DNA from: Balanoglossus misakiensis
Taxonomy: Eukaryota > Animalia > Hemichordata
Assembly (NCBI GenBank): GCA_040954595.2
Contig: CM082580.2
Coordinates: 12,104,909 to 12,168,908 of the forward strand
Reading direction: 5' to 3'
Length of the DNA: 64,000 nt
In this document: positions 29,601-41,500 of the stretch, in pieces
Numbering within the stretch: position 1 is the first letter of the stretch
Layout of the letters: each line of letters begins with the position of its first letter
Made by a program: the position numbers and the translations under genes
The notes under the pieces: generated by a model
The model's input: only the letters and a program-made list of their open reading frames with translations
The model's database searches: none
What the model was told of the DNA's origin: nothing

Positions 29601-31293
29601 GTAAGTTTTCAATCTCAGGACGGAAGTGACTTTTCGTAACATACATGTACGCGTTGTAACAGAGTTAAATTACAGAATCAGGTTCTTAGGAATGGAAACA
29701 AATACAGAGGCTATGTAGCTTTGACCAGGGAAGCCCACACTGGCAATGACAATGGTATACTAGTATTACATTGGGTCTACATGTCCGTGACAAAGTGATT
29801 AACTGTCGTGTTTCTAGATCACGTAGACTAGAGTCAGCTAGGTTGTTCGATTTTTTTTATAAAATGCATTACATCTGTTAAGTTGTATCGTATTTTATCA
29901 TGAATACCTAACCGTGAGATAATGACATAATGGACACAGTAGCCGGACATGCTGATGCAGATCGGTTGCCAATTGCCATCGTTTCACAAATTACGTTACA
30001 CATGTATGTGCTTCCTGGTAATGATTGCTGCTGTTGGTCCTTAGCTTAGTCCAACCACTCCCATGACTGTTTGTTTTGGGGAGTGGGGTTACCCACATAC
30101 ATAGCAGAAGTTAAAGGAGTGGTATGAAATTTAAAGGATCTCATCCACATTTTAAGCGATTTTTAAAATGAAAACCTGCCATCAGGCTGTCGTTTACTTA
30201 AATTACGGGTTCCAAAGTGTAGGGCATTGAGAATGAGTTTTGACAAGTCAAATTAATTGTACTTTTTATGTTTTTGTATTGTACTGTGTTTTGTGCGTTA
30301 AAAACCACATGTTTAACGTGACTGACATATGTTTGCATAACATACGTCAATACACCTGTAAGAGGATTGTTGACCTTTGGTCTGCTCATGTAGAAATCCT
30401 AGAATGCAGAGTTCCAATCTTCAACGCTATGGGTGCTGGTTAAGGTTGTCATAGAAACATTTATTTTAGTATTTAAACACTTTGGATTTGTACAATCACC
30501 CAATCATGGCTCGTTCGAATTTCTATAAAAAAATGAAAGGAGAAAAGAGTTCTGAATGAGAGGAAATTTCGTCATCAAATATCAGTTGTAGAAATTTCAT
30601 CTCAATGATTATGAATGATTAAAAATTTCTATTTCCATTGTCAAAAATGTACTTGGTTACGAAGCAGAGACGTTCTTAGTACACCTCTAACATGAAAAAA
30701 TAAAGGTAGTCTATCATGCTGGCATTTCTATCGGTGTAGTGTACAGTACCAGGCCTATACCTTTTCCCAGTGAGACACCTGTATGATAAGTTCTAAAAGT
30801 GGAGATTTTTTCATCAGACTGAAAATGGGGTCCCGGGAAATATACAGGTAGTTCATAAATTAAATCTAGTGACCCCTCTAGCTGACATATGTCTCTAACT
30901 CGAATAGGTTATTCCTGTTTCATAGAAGATATTTATAAATTTATAATAATTTGCATAGTAGTCAGGAAATGTGTCCCATCATGGGAGACAACATATGCTT
31001 ATCCGATATGCTGAGATGGGTGTGAAAACTGTTTTATGAGAATGTTTTTTGTAGGCAGTCATATGGTGCAAGCTGTTCGGAAAATTTAAACTTAAAACAC
31101 AAATAACGAGCAGTAGTTCATTAACTTCACTAGCTCTATGCAACAGCTGGTTTATTTGATGTTGTAAGTTTCCATTGTGCAGTATTCATCAACACACAAT
31201 AATTCATGCAAAACATGGACCTGTTTGCTTGATAGATGTGCTGGATCACCATAGATAGTCAAAGCTTGCTCATGTAATACTCCTACTAGCAAA

Positions 31294-34200
31294 ATGTTGC
31301 GATGTCGTCGTCTGTTTCGGCCAGTGGTGTTGCTGTCTATGGCCATGCTGTGTTCCATCATAGGATACTTGATCATGCTGCATAGTGACACATCTCAGGT
31401 TCGCAGGTAGGTGCCAAATTTATCCCTCTATGTGCCTATTCTCAGTTGAAAATGTCGAGCATGGACAAAATAGAGGTATGGAAATATGTTATGACACAAA
31501 TAAACTTAACGACTGCTAGAATGTTATTACTGAATGTTATAGCTTGGCAAGCCGGTTGACCCATAGACCCAGGTTAAAAGTCAATGCTTGATGGTGTCAG
31601 TTTGGGTCACCCTAGTCCATGCTCATGTTTACCAGTACACTAATGTTTTGTTTGTTTTCAGAATTGTTGATATATCAGGAGCTCAAGATTTAAGAGACTT
31701 TCAACCGCGAGAGATCGGTCAATCCAATCTGCGCGTCACACACCAAGAGGGATTCCACGAAAACCCTGACGCAGAAAAGCTGAGCAAAATTGCAGGACTT
31801 CTTGGAATGGAACCCGGCGTCAACGGCGAATATAAACAGATACAAAACAAAATTTTACTAATTGAAGAAATTTTAGAGAAATTTAGAACTAGTGGAGATG
31901 AAAAGCAGGCCAATGGTGTTTTGCAGGAAATTCAGGATCTTTTACGAAAAGGAAATGGACAAAATGAATGGGAGGAAACTCACAATTCAACTAAACTAGC
32001 GGAGATGTCACAGATGAAAATAACAGAGACGCCAAAGAAGGATATAAATGATGTTGCTGATTTATTGGGACACATAGAAGATTTACTTGAGCAGCCTATG
32101 GTTCCTCCTCCGCCTATTCCAAATGTTAAGTTAGATATCAAGCCCTACATCAAAGATCCTCACTATAAACCTTCAGTAAGTATACCCTTCTTAACATCGC
32201 AATAGAGTAACAGGGCCTGGAGATATTGTGAAGCTCAGTGGAGCAAAGGATATGTATTCACATTGTACCATGCCAGTTGTCTGAAAGCATGCTGTACCAG
32301 CAGCCCCCCCCCCCCCTATTGATATATTTAATCAGCCATCTCTTTGCAAGTCACGCATCTGAATACATTAAAAGCTTTTCATTCAGCAGCCGCTCTTTAA
32401 TCAAATATATAAACAAATACCTTAGTAGTGTTGATGGCTGCCTGGTTTGCAAATAACATGGCACTTTGCTTTTGTTCTTCCTATTACAGACTTGTCCAAA
32501 GGCAGCAACTAAATACGCTGAAAACTCAATGTGGTTTAAAGCTCGTTATGTTCCAGATATAAAAGTTTTCATGGATAAAGAGGACATCAACAATTTCACT
32601 AACTTCTATAAACTTTCACATTATGGACTGCCCTTTGGTGTCAAAAGTCAAGACAGAAAATGTAAGTGGATCTGTTTTCTTACTCTTTATAGCCCCATAT
32701 CCAGCGTGACTTTTAGCGTCAGTTTTTATAGTGAATGCTTATTGTTTTATCTCCTCTTTAGCCACTAGTGAGATTGTGAATTTCTGCAGATTGTTCAGTC
32801 ATGCCAAGGCTGTACATGTAACATTGCCTCTGTTGAAACATACCTCTGTAACTGATGACAGTTAAAATGTGCTACAATGTTCAAATGATTGGATGGAAAA
32901 TAAAAGAACATTTCTTTTTGTTTCTCTACAGTATTGGCAAAAGTTGTAAACAATCCCAACTTCACAAATCCAGACGTCTATGATGGAAACAGACCTGGGT
33001 GTGTCCGCTGTGCTGTTGTTGGCTGTGGAGGAGTGCTTAATGGATCCAACATGGGAGAAACAATCGATGCACATGATTATGTTTTCAGGTAATAACAATT
33101 TTTTTTCGTACGGAAGAGTTCCTCTGGAAAAGGAAAATTGCAGCTTAATACCTGAATGAAAACATAAAGACAGAACAGATATATAGTTCAAGGTCATATG
33201 GTTTACTGGGCGTGTCATCTAATACAAGTGGTACAATCATGTATGTCACTAAAAGTTGTCGCTGTTTATTGCCCAACCTGTCAGTGCTAAAAATAAGCTG
33301 ACAGTTACTCAATTCCAAAGTGAGTTTGGGGTCAATGATTAAACGCCTCAAGTTAAATGTACTAAAATCAACCCTAATTTTCCTGTTGTTCCTTTCATAC
33401 AGGGTAAATCGCGCACTGACCAAGGGTAGATTTGCCAAAGATGTGGGTACAAGAACTTCCTTCTACACATTCTTTCCTGAGTCTCAGTATGCTAAAGAAA
33501 TTGAAAATCCATCGGTAAGTCATTCTCGCAAGTCATAATCTTTATTTCTACTCCATGATGCTACGCGAAGAAGAGAAATTCTGGCAGATTTTATGGAGGA
33601 AACCGATTTGAATATACATGTATTAATGCACCACATGCTTTCTGTCCAATTTGGAGCACAGACTGGATGGTTTATATCTAGCCAACTTTTAGTAGTTTTT
33701 AGTTTAGACAGGAATAGAATTCATAAAATCAATTTGTTCTCGTTATTCCCACGAGTTTTGATACGAAAGGAGCTTTATAATTGTGAACTGCAACTAACCA
33801 TGTATAAGTACGTCTAACTATTTGCTGATTTTCTAGGAAACCAAGTATTTCTTTACTGAGTTCAAGGCATATGACGTTGAATATGCAGCTCGTCTGGTTC
33901 AGGGATTAAGACCTCCAGGCTTGCATTCCAAAAAACGGAATTCAACCTGGTCAGTAAGGAAATTGTATTTCAAAATTGTGTTCAGGCACAAAACCAAAGA
34001 AACAAGACTTCTGTCTTGTTTCTGTGGTTGGGTTAGACACTGTCCTGTCCATTTTATAGTTTCTATCCATAGTCACTATATTGCCGACAATGAAACTACT
34101 TCAGTGTTGTCAATTAGTAAACTCAGATATAATTTGTTATGATCCAATGTTCTATCAATTTTCATCTGATGAAACACTCTACTGATAACATCAGTCTGTT

Positions 34201-36599
34201 TCAAAAATATGTAAGCTATAACATGGACCAGGGCAGATATGTGATAACCTGTGATTGCTTTGTGGCCAACCTATGACCACAGTGTATTTCTCAGATCCAG
34301 ATTATCGTTTCAGTTCAGAAATATTCATAGCATGCCAAAAATTTTGTAAATATTTCACTAGCTAATAGAATTACTGTAATAATCTATACCAGTTTACCGA
34401 ATGTTTGTTATATTGTTGATTGATCAGTAACAGTTACCATAGTGATGACCAATCAGAGTCAAAATTAGTTTCCATACCTTCGTTATAATCTGGATAGGTG
34501 TTCAGAAATACCTGTTTGGTTACTAGAATGGCCTTGTTGTGTGCTGTATTGAATTGTGATGGTTTTTAATGCACTCTCTTGTAGGTTACTTCTTTCTATG
34601 TCCTCTTCAAGTCTTACGATATGGAATATGTCCTGAACATGCTAAGTAACAGCACTCCTCCGATATATACCTATGACAAAGGCCAGAAACATTGGTCAGT
34701 ACTCAAGAAATATCTCACGGTATATCATTTCAAGGCACCCGTGTTGTCCCTCAGCACTTCTAAACTCAATAACAGTTTAATTGTAATTGATACAGCGGCG
34801 GTAGCAGGGATTTACAATGCATGTTGGCTAATTGTTATGCAAAGTTTTATTATAGGTGAAAAGGTTCGTTTTAGTAGAACATACGAATGAAGTGATCAGT
34901 TTGGATGAAATATTTTGGAAAAGGAAAAAAGGGGAGATTATGGCTTTGTGAAATATATTAAGTTGTGGATATATTAGGAGAGAATTGTTTGCCTGCATGC
35001 TGCCGTCAGAGACATTCTGTTCTCAAATACACTTATAACAAGCGATGAAATTTCAGTCTTACATAAAGCCAACCTGTCTGTTTAAATATGCAGCCTCATG
35101 TTGCTACCAGTACATCCTAAACACAACAGTTAGGTGTACTATAAATGTTCATTGTACTTAACAAATTGTTGTCTTTTAAAAATCATTCATCTATCAACTG
35201 TTTTTCATCCTTCCTCATCAATGTGTTGTCTTCAGAATAACCCTGAAATCGTTGCCAGTAACAAGCTGAAAGTAACAATGGTAATGCCTCTGTTACGGAA
35301 ACATTTCAAACCATTTCTTTTCTGTAGTATTCCCCCCTTTTCTATAGAAAAAAAAATGTTGAAATTAAATGCACCCAGTTAACTGAGAAAGAGTGTCCAT
35401 TGTCAGGACATGGCAGGTCTCTGTACTATACTTCTGTTAAATGATAATATTTTTGAAATGCCCTCTTAATTTCTTTCTTTTGCTAGTGGAATCCATTTCT
35501 TTCTTTCCCCTTTTCTTTCTTTGCTTATTTGTTTGTATTATGGAATTGATGATCATAATGATCAGTGGTCTATCTACTAGCATTTACCTTGTGTACTGTA
35601 GTATTAGGTATGAAATCTGCTGTGCATGGCTTTTATATTTAAAAACCAAAACTTTTTATACGTTTAATTATTTGCATGACTGTCCATTTGTTTTGGAAAT
35701 TTTGACAATAGAGGGCGCTCTTGGTTAGGGCTGTGTCATGTTTGAGTTCTACATTGAACTCTGGTGTTCAAAGCGACCTCTCAAGTCATACCCACGTCAG
35801 GTCTGGGCTAGGTGAATTTTTAAAGCTCTGAATCTTTGCTACATTGTAGTTATCTTTACAGAGTCGGTTCTGTATTTCAGGACATGCAATGTGGATAACA
35901 TTCTTGTGTCATCAGTGTTTCTCGTTAGGCTAGTGGTATGTCATATTGGCTTTGAGCACACTGCTGTTGAAAATAGTGTGGTAAAACATTCAGAGTACCA
36001 AGTATAAAGATCTTACTTTAGTGTACTTCCATGCACCATGATAAAATAACAATGTTTTGTATTTGTCTTCAACAGGAATCCACCAAAACCTCAGCTTAAC
36101 GTGCACAGGTTAAAAATAGTCCACCCAGATTTCATGAGATACGTATTCACCAGATTCTTGGATTCAAAAGCATACAGGCCAACGACAGGTAAGTTCTACT
36201 CTTGACCATTACAAGGTCTCCTTTTATTTATAGTAGTTTAAATGTGTGTTTCCATTGAAAAGATTCAGAGATAATTGGTATGTAACATTGCATTCAAAGA
36301 CTCAGTAGATCAACTTTGAAAAACACCTCAAGCAGCTATGCCATGATGTCAATATAACCATAAAAAACTCTATCTTTGCAGGAGCCTTGGTGGTGTTTTT
36401 AGCTGTCCATCTCTGTGATGAAGTCAACATGTACGGCTTTGGCTACGACTCGCGTTTTCCGATGCATTACTATGACAACAAGAAAGTGGAGTTAACAAGA
36501 GCAGCAGTTGGATCTCACGATGTGGACAATGAAAGACAGCTGTGGAAGAAATTGATGGATGAGAATATTTTATACCTGTTCAATCGGACTGACGTTTAG
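31294..36599 (+). CDS. Alpha-N-acetylgalactosaminide alpha-2,6-sialyltransferase (ST6GalNAc I/II-like, GT29), paralog 1. Exons 31294-31406, 31662-32175, 32490-32661, 32932-33088, 33403-33514, [33837-33949 OR 34585-34694], 36076-36188, 36382-36599
   Basis: Type II TM anchor [29 protein letters not shown]; sialylmotif [33 protein letters not shown]...DVGTRTSFY; motif [25 protein letters not shown]; motif III HYYD; [16 protein letters not shown] and TSFY are typical of ST6GALNAC1/2. Confidence 0.93.
33837..33949 (+). CDS. Alternative exon 6A of sialyltransferase 1 (mutually exclusive with 6B)
   Basis: ttctag|GAAACC...ACCTG|gtcagt, 113 nt, phase 0 to 2, [38 protein letters not shown]; homologous to 6B. 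Confidence 0.75.
34585..34694 (+). CDS. Alternative exon 6B of sialyltransferase 1 (type shared with paralog 2)
   Basis: ttgtag|GTTACT...CATTG|gtcagt, 110 nt, phase 0 to 2, [37 protein letters not shown]; closest to paralog 2 exon 61496-61602. Confidence 0.85.
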
Positions 36600-37876
36600 T
36601 TCATCCTGTATGGCGAAGTACACACAAGGTTTAACAGTACTTTATCTTCTCGGGTGCACAGAACTTGTTCATTTGAAGATGCTGGTATGCACAGCCATTG
36701 ACAGGGATGCGTTTGGCATCCAGAAACCGGTAAAGGAGATGTAATATTATTATAATTGTAATGGCAGTGTAGAACACTGCAGTGATATTAAGATGACATG
36801 AAATGATTCAAATTGCTAAGCAAAGCTTGTATTTGAGACTTTCCAAAATCAATTGAAAGTTTTGTTGATTTCTTTTGAAAGACGACCAATGTATGAACAA
36901 ACAAAAAAAATATTCAAACAAGATAGAAACCCCTGCTTTGAGCACGAGGAGAAATAGTTAACCTGATTTAAAAGTTACAATATGAACTTCAATTTTAAAA
37001 TTCAAATATCTTTGTCTGTGCGATATATGCAATAAACGGATAATTTTCATGTTTTCAAACAGAGAAGTTGAGCCGATCATCATATTTGTACATCTGGTAA
37101 TTCTTAAAGCATGAGTACTTTCCTTCATATTGTATCACATTATATACCTATTTATTACTGCCATAATACAAAAATTAAATGTATTTTGTACAAGGTTTTT
37201 TTCGCTGCCTTGATAATCTTACCTCACAAAACCCGCTTATAGGTTAATAGCATGGATTCAGTGTTTACATGGCCACAGTATTCTGTGACTTTTAAGCATA
37301 GCAAATTCGTTCAGATTTTACAAAAATTCCAATATCAGGGTATCTTGACTGTTTTGGAAAATCAGTTTTGCCAACTGCAAGTCTTTGTAAAAATGGTCCA
37401 TTCACCAGTGGTCAAATATTCTGATTGTTATGAAATGAATGGGTTCTGTGTTTTTCATGATTACATTAACATGTTCTGTAGGCTGCATATGGATATACAG
37501 CAACACTCAAACCAAATTTGAAAGTAACATCTGTGAAGGAATAGTGTCAGTTTGATAGTGTGACTCAAAACTCTTGTTAGACAAAAACACACATTGCAAA
37601 TCAATTACAGTTGTATGTTATTTATTAAAGGACAGACCAATGAAATCAACTCTCAAGACTTTTGTAGATTTCATGAATTTTTCTGTGTTTTTTTGTAAAG
37701 ATAAAAGGCTGAAAATGTGATCAACTCTTTTCTGAAAACTTCTCTTGTGTGTTCAATGATTTATGTTTTGTCTCCAATTTCTTGTTGTAATAAAATACAG
37801 GTTGAAATTTTCAAGCGATTTTGTCATGTGTAATCTGTCTGATCAAAAATTTGTCAACTGAAAGGTATCTTGTATT

Positions 37877-37964
37877 TATGTATGTATGTATGTATGTATG
37901 TATGTATGTATGTATGTATGTATGTATGTATGTATGTATGTATGTATGTATGTATGTATGTATG
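37877..37964. repeat. (TATG)n microsatellite, ~22 units
   Basis: Directly visible. Confidence 0.97.
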
Positions 37965-38565
37965 ACAAATTCTTGAACAAAATTGCAGTCGGGGACATAA
38001 CACCGGACAAATATATCCTTTTCTAGATTTGAATACCAAATTTGTCTTCCCACAATAGATGGGGCAAAACATACAACACGTGACTACATCAGCTGGTCTG
38101 CATTTAAAAATGAATTGAAATAGGAACTGTGTTAAGTGTGTGTGTAACAGCTGTGAATTCTACTGACCTGTCTCTGATTCCACATTGCTAATATTTGAAG
38201 CCATGGTTTTGCCAGATAATATTGCCATGTCCTCGATATTCTTTGTGGATTTCAGTAAAATAACTAAGCCCATTTGTATGTGTGAGTGTAAAATGCAGTG
38301 ATTTAGCCAATTTTAACAGAAATTCAAACACAGCATTCAGGAAACGTGTTCTTTTTAATATGATCGTCAAATTTTGGAGGGATGACCGATTATTCGACAC
38401 TGGAGTGAATATATTTTGATGGTCGCATATTAAGGTACGTAGTCACATGTTTTCTAGCCCAAAATTTCATGCAGGTAGTTTCCTAGAATGGTCAGTACCG
38501 TTAAGCATGGAAAATGACAAAACCGTCAAAATTTGTAATGTCGGGGATTTTTAATTTTTGAACAA

Positions 38566-41500
38566 TTTTCATGGGTTATAGCTCATGAAAATTGTGAAAA
38601 ATGACAAGTTGTATAGACTTTCGGAATTTTGGTGATTTTGTCAATTCTGGACGTTTTTCATGGGTTATAGCTCATGAAAAGTGTGAAAACTGACAAGTTC
38701 TCGACTTTTTGAACTTTTGTGATTTTGTCACATCTGGACGTTTTTCATGGGTTATAGCTCAAGAAAAGTGTGAAAAATGACAAATTCTCGACTTTCAGAA
38801 TTTTGGTGATTTTGTCACTTCTGGGCGATTTTCATGGGTTAGGCAATAGCTCATGAAAATCATCCAGAAATGAAAATTTTTCGACTTTGCGGAATTTCAA
38901 AATTTGGCCGATTTTTGAAAAAATCATGGGTTATAGCTCATGAAAATCGTCAAAAAATGACAATTTTTCGACTTTGCGGAATTTCAAAATTTGGCCGATT
39001 TTTGAAAAAATCATGGGTTATTATAGCTCATGAAATTCGTCAAAAAATGACAATTTTTCGACTTTGCGGAATTTCAAAATTTGGCCGATTTTTGAAAAAA
39101 TCATGGGTTATAGCTCATGAAAATCGTCAAAAAATGACAATTTTTCGACTTTGCGGAATTTCAAAATTTGGCCGATTTTTGAAAAAACCATGGGTTATAG
39201 CTCAGGAAATCATCAAAAAATGACAATTTTTCGACTTTGCGGAAAATCAAAATTTGGCCGATTTTTGAAAAAAACCATGGGTTATAGCTCAGGAAATCAT
39301 CAAAAAATGACAATTTTTCGACTTTGCGGAAAATCAAAATTTGGCCGATTTTTGAAAAAAACCATGGGTTATAGCTCAGGAAATCGTCAAAAAATGACAA
39401 TTTTTCGACCTTGCGAATTTTCAAAATTTGTACATTTTTTGAAAAAATCATGGGTTATAGCTCATGAAAATCGTCAAAAAATGACAATTTTTCGACCTTG
39501 CGAATTTTCAAAATTTGTACATTTTTTGAAAAAATCATGGGTTATAGCTCATGAAAATCGTCAAAAAATGACAATTTTTCGACCTTGCGAATTTTCAAAA
39601 TTTGGCCATTTTTTGAAAAAATCATGGGTTATAGCTCATGAAAATCGTCAAAAAATGACAATTTTTCGACTTTGCGGAATTTCAAAATTTGGCCGATTTT
39701 TGAAAAAATCATGGGTTATAGCTCAAGAAAATCGTCAAAAAATGACAATTTTTCGACTTTGCGAATTTTCAAAATTTGGCCATTTTTTGAAAAAATCATG
39801 GGTTATAGCTCATGAAAATCGTCAAAAAATGACAATTTTTCGACTTTGCGGAATTTCAAAATTTGGCCGATTTTTGAAAAAACCATGGGTTATAGCTCAG
39901 GAAATCATCAAAAAATGACAATTTTTCGACTTTGCGGAAAATCAAAATTTGGCCGATTTTTGAAAAAAACCATGGGTTATAGCTCAGGAAATCATCAAAA
40001 AATGACAATTTTTCGACTTTGCGGAAAATCAAAATTTGGCCGATTTTTGAAAAAAACCATGGGTTATAGCTCAGGAAATCGTCAAAAAATGACAATTTTT
40101 CGACTTTGCGGAATTTCAAAATTTGGCCGATTTTTGAAAAAATCATGGGTTATAGCTCATGAAAATCGTCAAAAAATGACAATTTTTCGACTTTGCGAAT
40201 TTTCAAAATTTGGCCGATTTTTGAAAAAAACCATGGGTTATAGCTCAGGAAATCATCAAAAAATGACAATTTTTCGACTTTGCGGAAAATCAAAATTTGG
40301 CCGATTTTTGAAAAAAACCATGGGTTATAGCTCAGGAAATCATCAAAAAATGACAATTTTTCGACTTTGCGGAAAATCAAAATTTGGCCGATTTTGGAAA
40401 AAAACCATGGGTTATAGCTCAGGAAATCATCAAAAAATGACAATTTTTCGACTTTGCGGAAAATCAAAATTTGGCCGATTTTGGAAAAAAACCATGGGTT
40501 ATAGCTCAGGAAATCATCAAAAAATGACAATTTTTCGACTTTGCGGAAAATCAAAATTTCGTCGATTTTTAAAAAAAAAACATGGGTTATAGCTCATGAA
40601 ATCATCAAAAAATGACAATTTTTCGACTTTGCGGAAAATCAAAATTTCGTCGATTTTTGAAAAAAACCATGGGTTATAGCTCAGGAAATCATCAAAAAAT
40701 GACAATTTTTCGACTTTGCGGAAAATCAAAATTTGGCCGATTTTTGAAAAAAACCATGGGTTATAGCTCAGGAAATCATCAAAAAATGACAATTTTTCGA
40801 CTTTGTGGAAAATCAAAATTTGGCCGATTTTTGAAAAAAACCATGGGTTATAGCTCAGGAAATCATCAAAAAATGACAATTTTTCGACTTTGCGGAAAAT
40901 CAAAATTTGGCCGATTTTTGAAAAAAAAATGGGTTATAGCTCAGGAAATCATCAAAAAATGACAATTTTTCGACTTTGCGGAAAATCAAAATTTGGCCGA
41001 TTTTTGAAAAAAACCATGGGTTATAGCTCAGGAAATCATCAAAAAATGACAATTTTTCGACTTTGCGGAAAATCAAAATTTGGCCGATTTTTGAAAAAAA
41101 CCATGGGTTATATAGCTCAGGAAATCATCAAAAAATGACAATTTTTCGACTTTGCGGAAAATCAAAATTTGGCCGATTTTTGAAAAAAACCATGGGTTAT
41201 AGCTCAGGAAATCATCAAAAAATGACAATTTTTCGACTTTGCGGAAAATCAAAATTTGGCCGATTTTTGAAAAAAACCATGGGTTATAGCTCAGGAAATC
41301 ATCAAAAAATGACAATTTTTCGACTTTGCGGAAAATCAAATTTTGGCCGATTTTTGAAAAAAACCATGGGTTATAGCTCAGGAAATCATTAAAAAATGAC
41401 AATTTTTCGACTTTGCGGAAAATCAAAATTTGGCCGATTTTTGAAAAAAACCATGGGTTATAGCTCAGGAAATCATCAAAAAATGACAATTTTTCGACTT

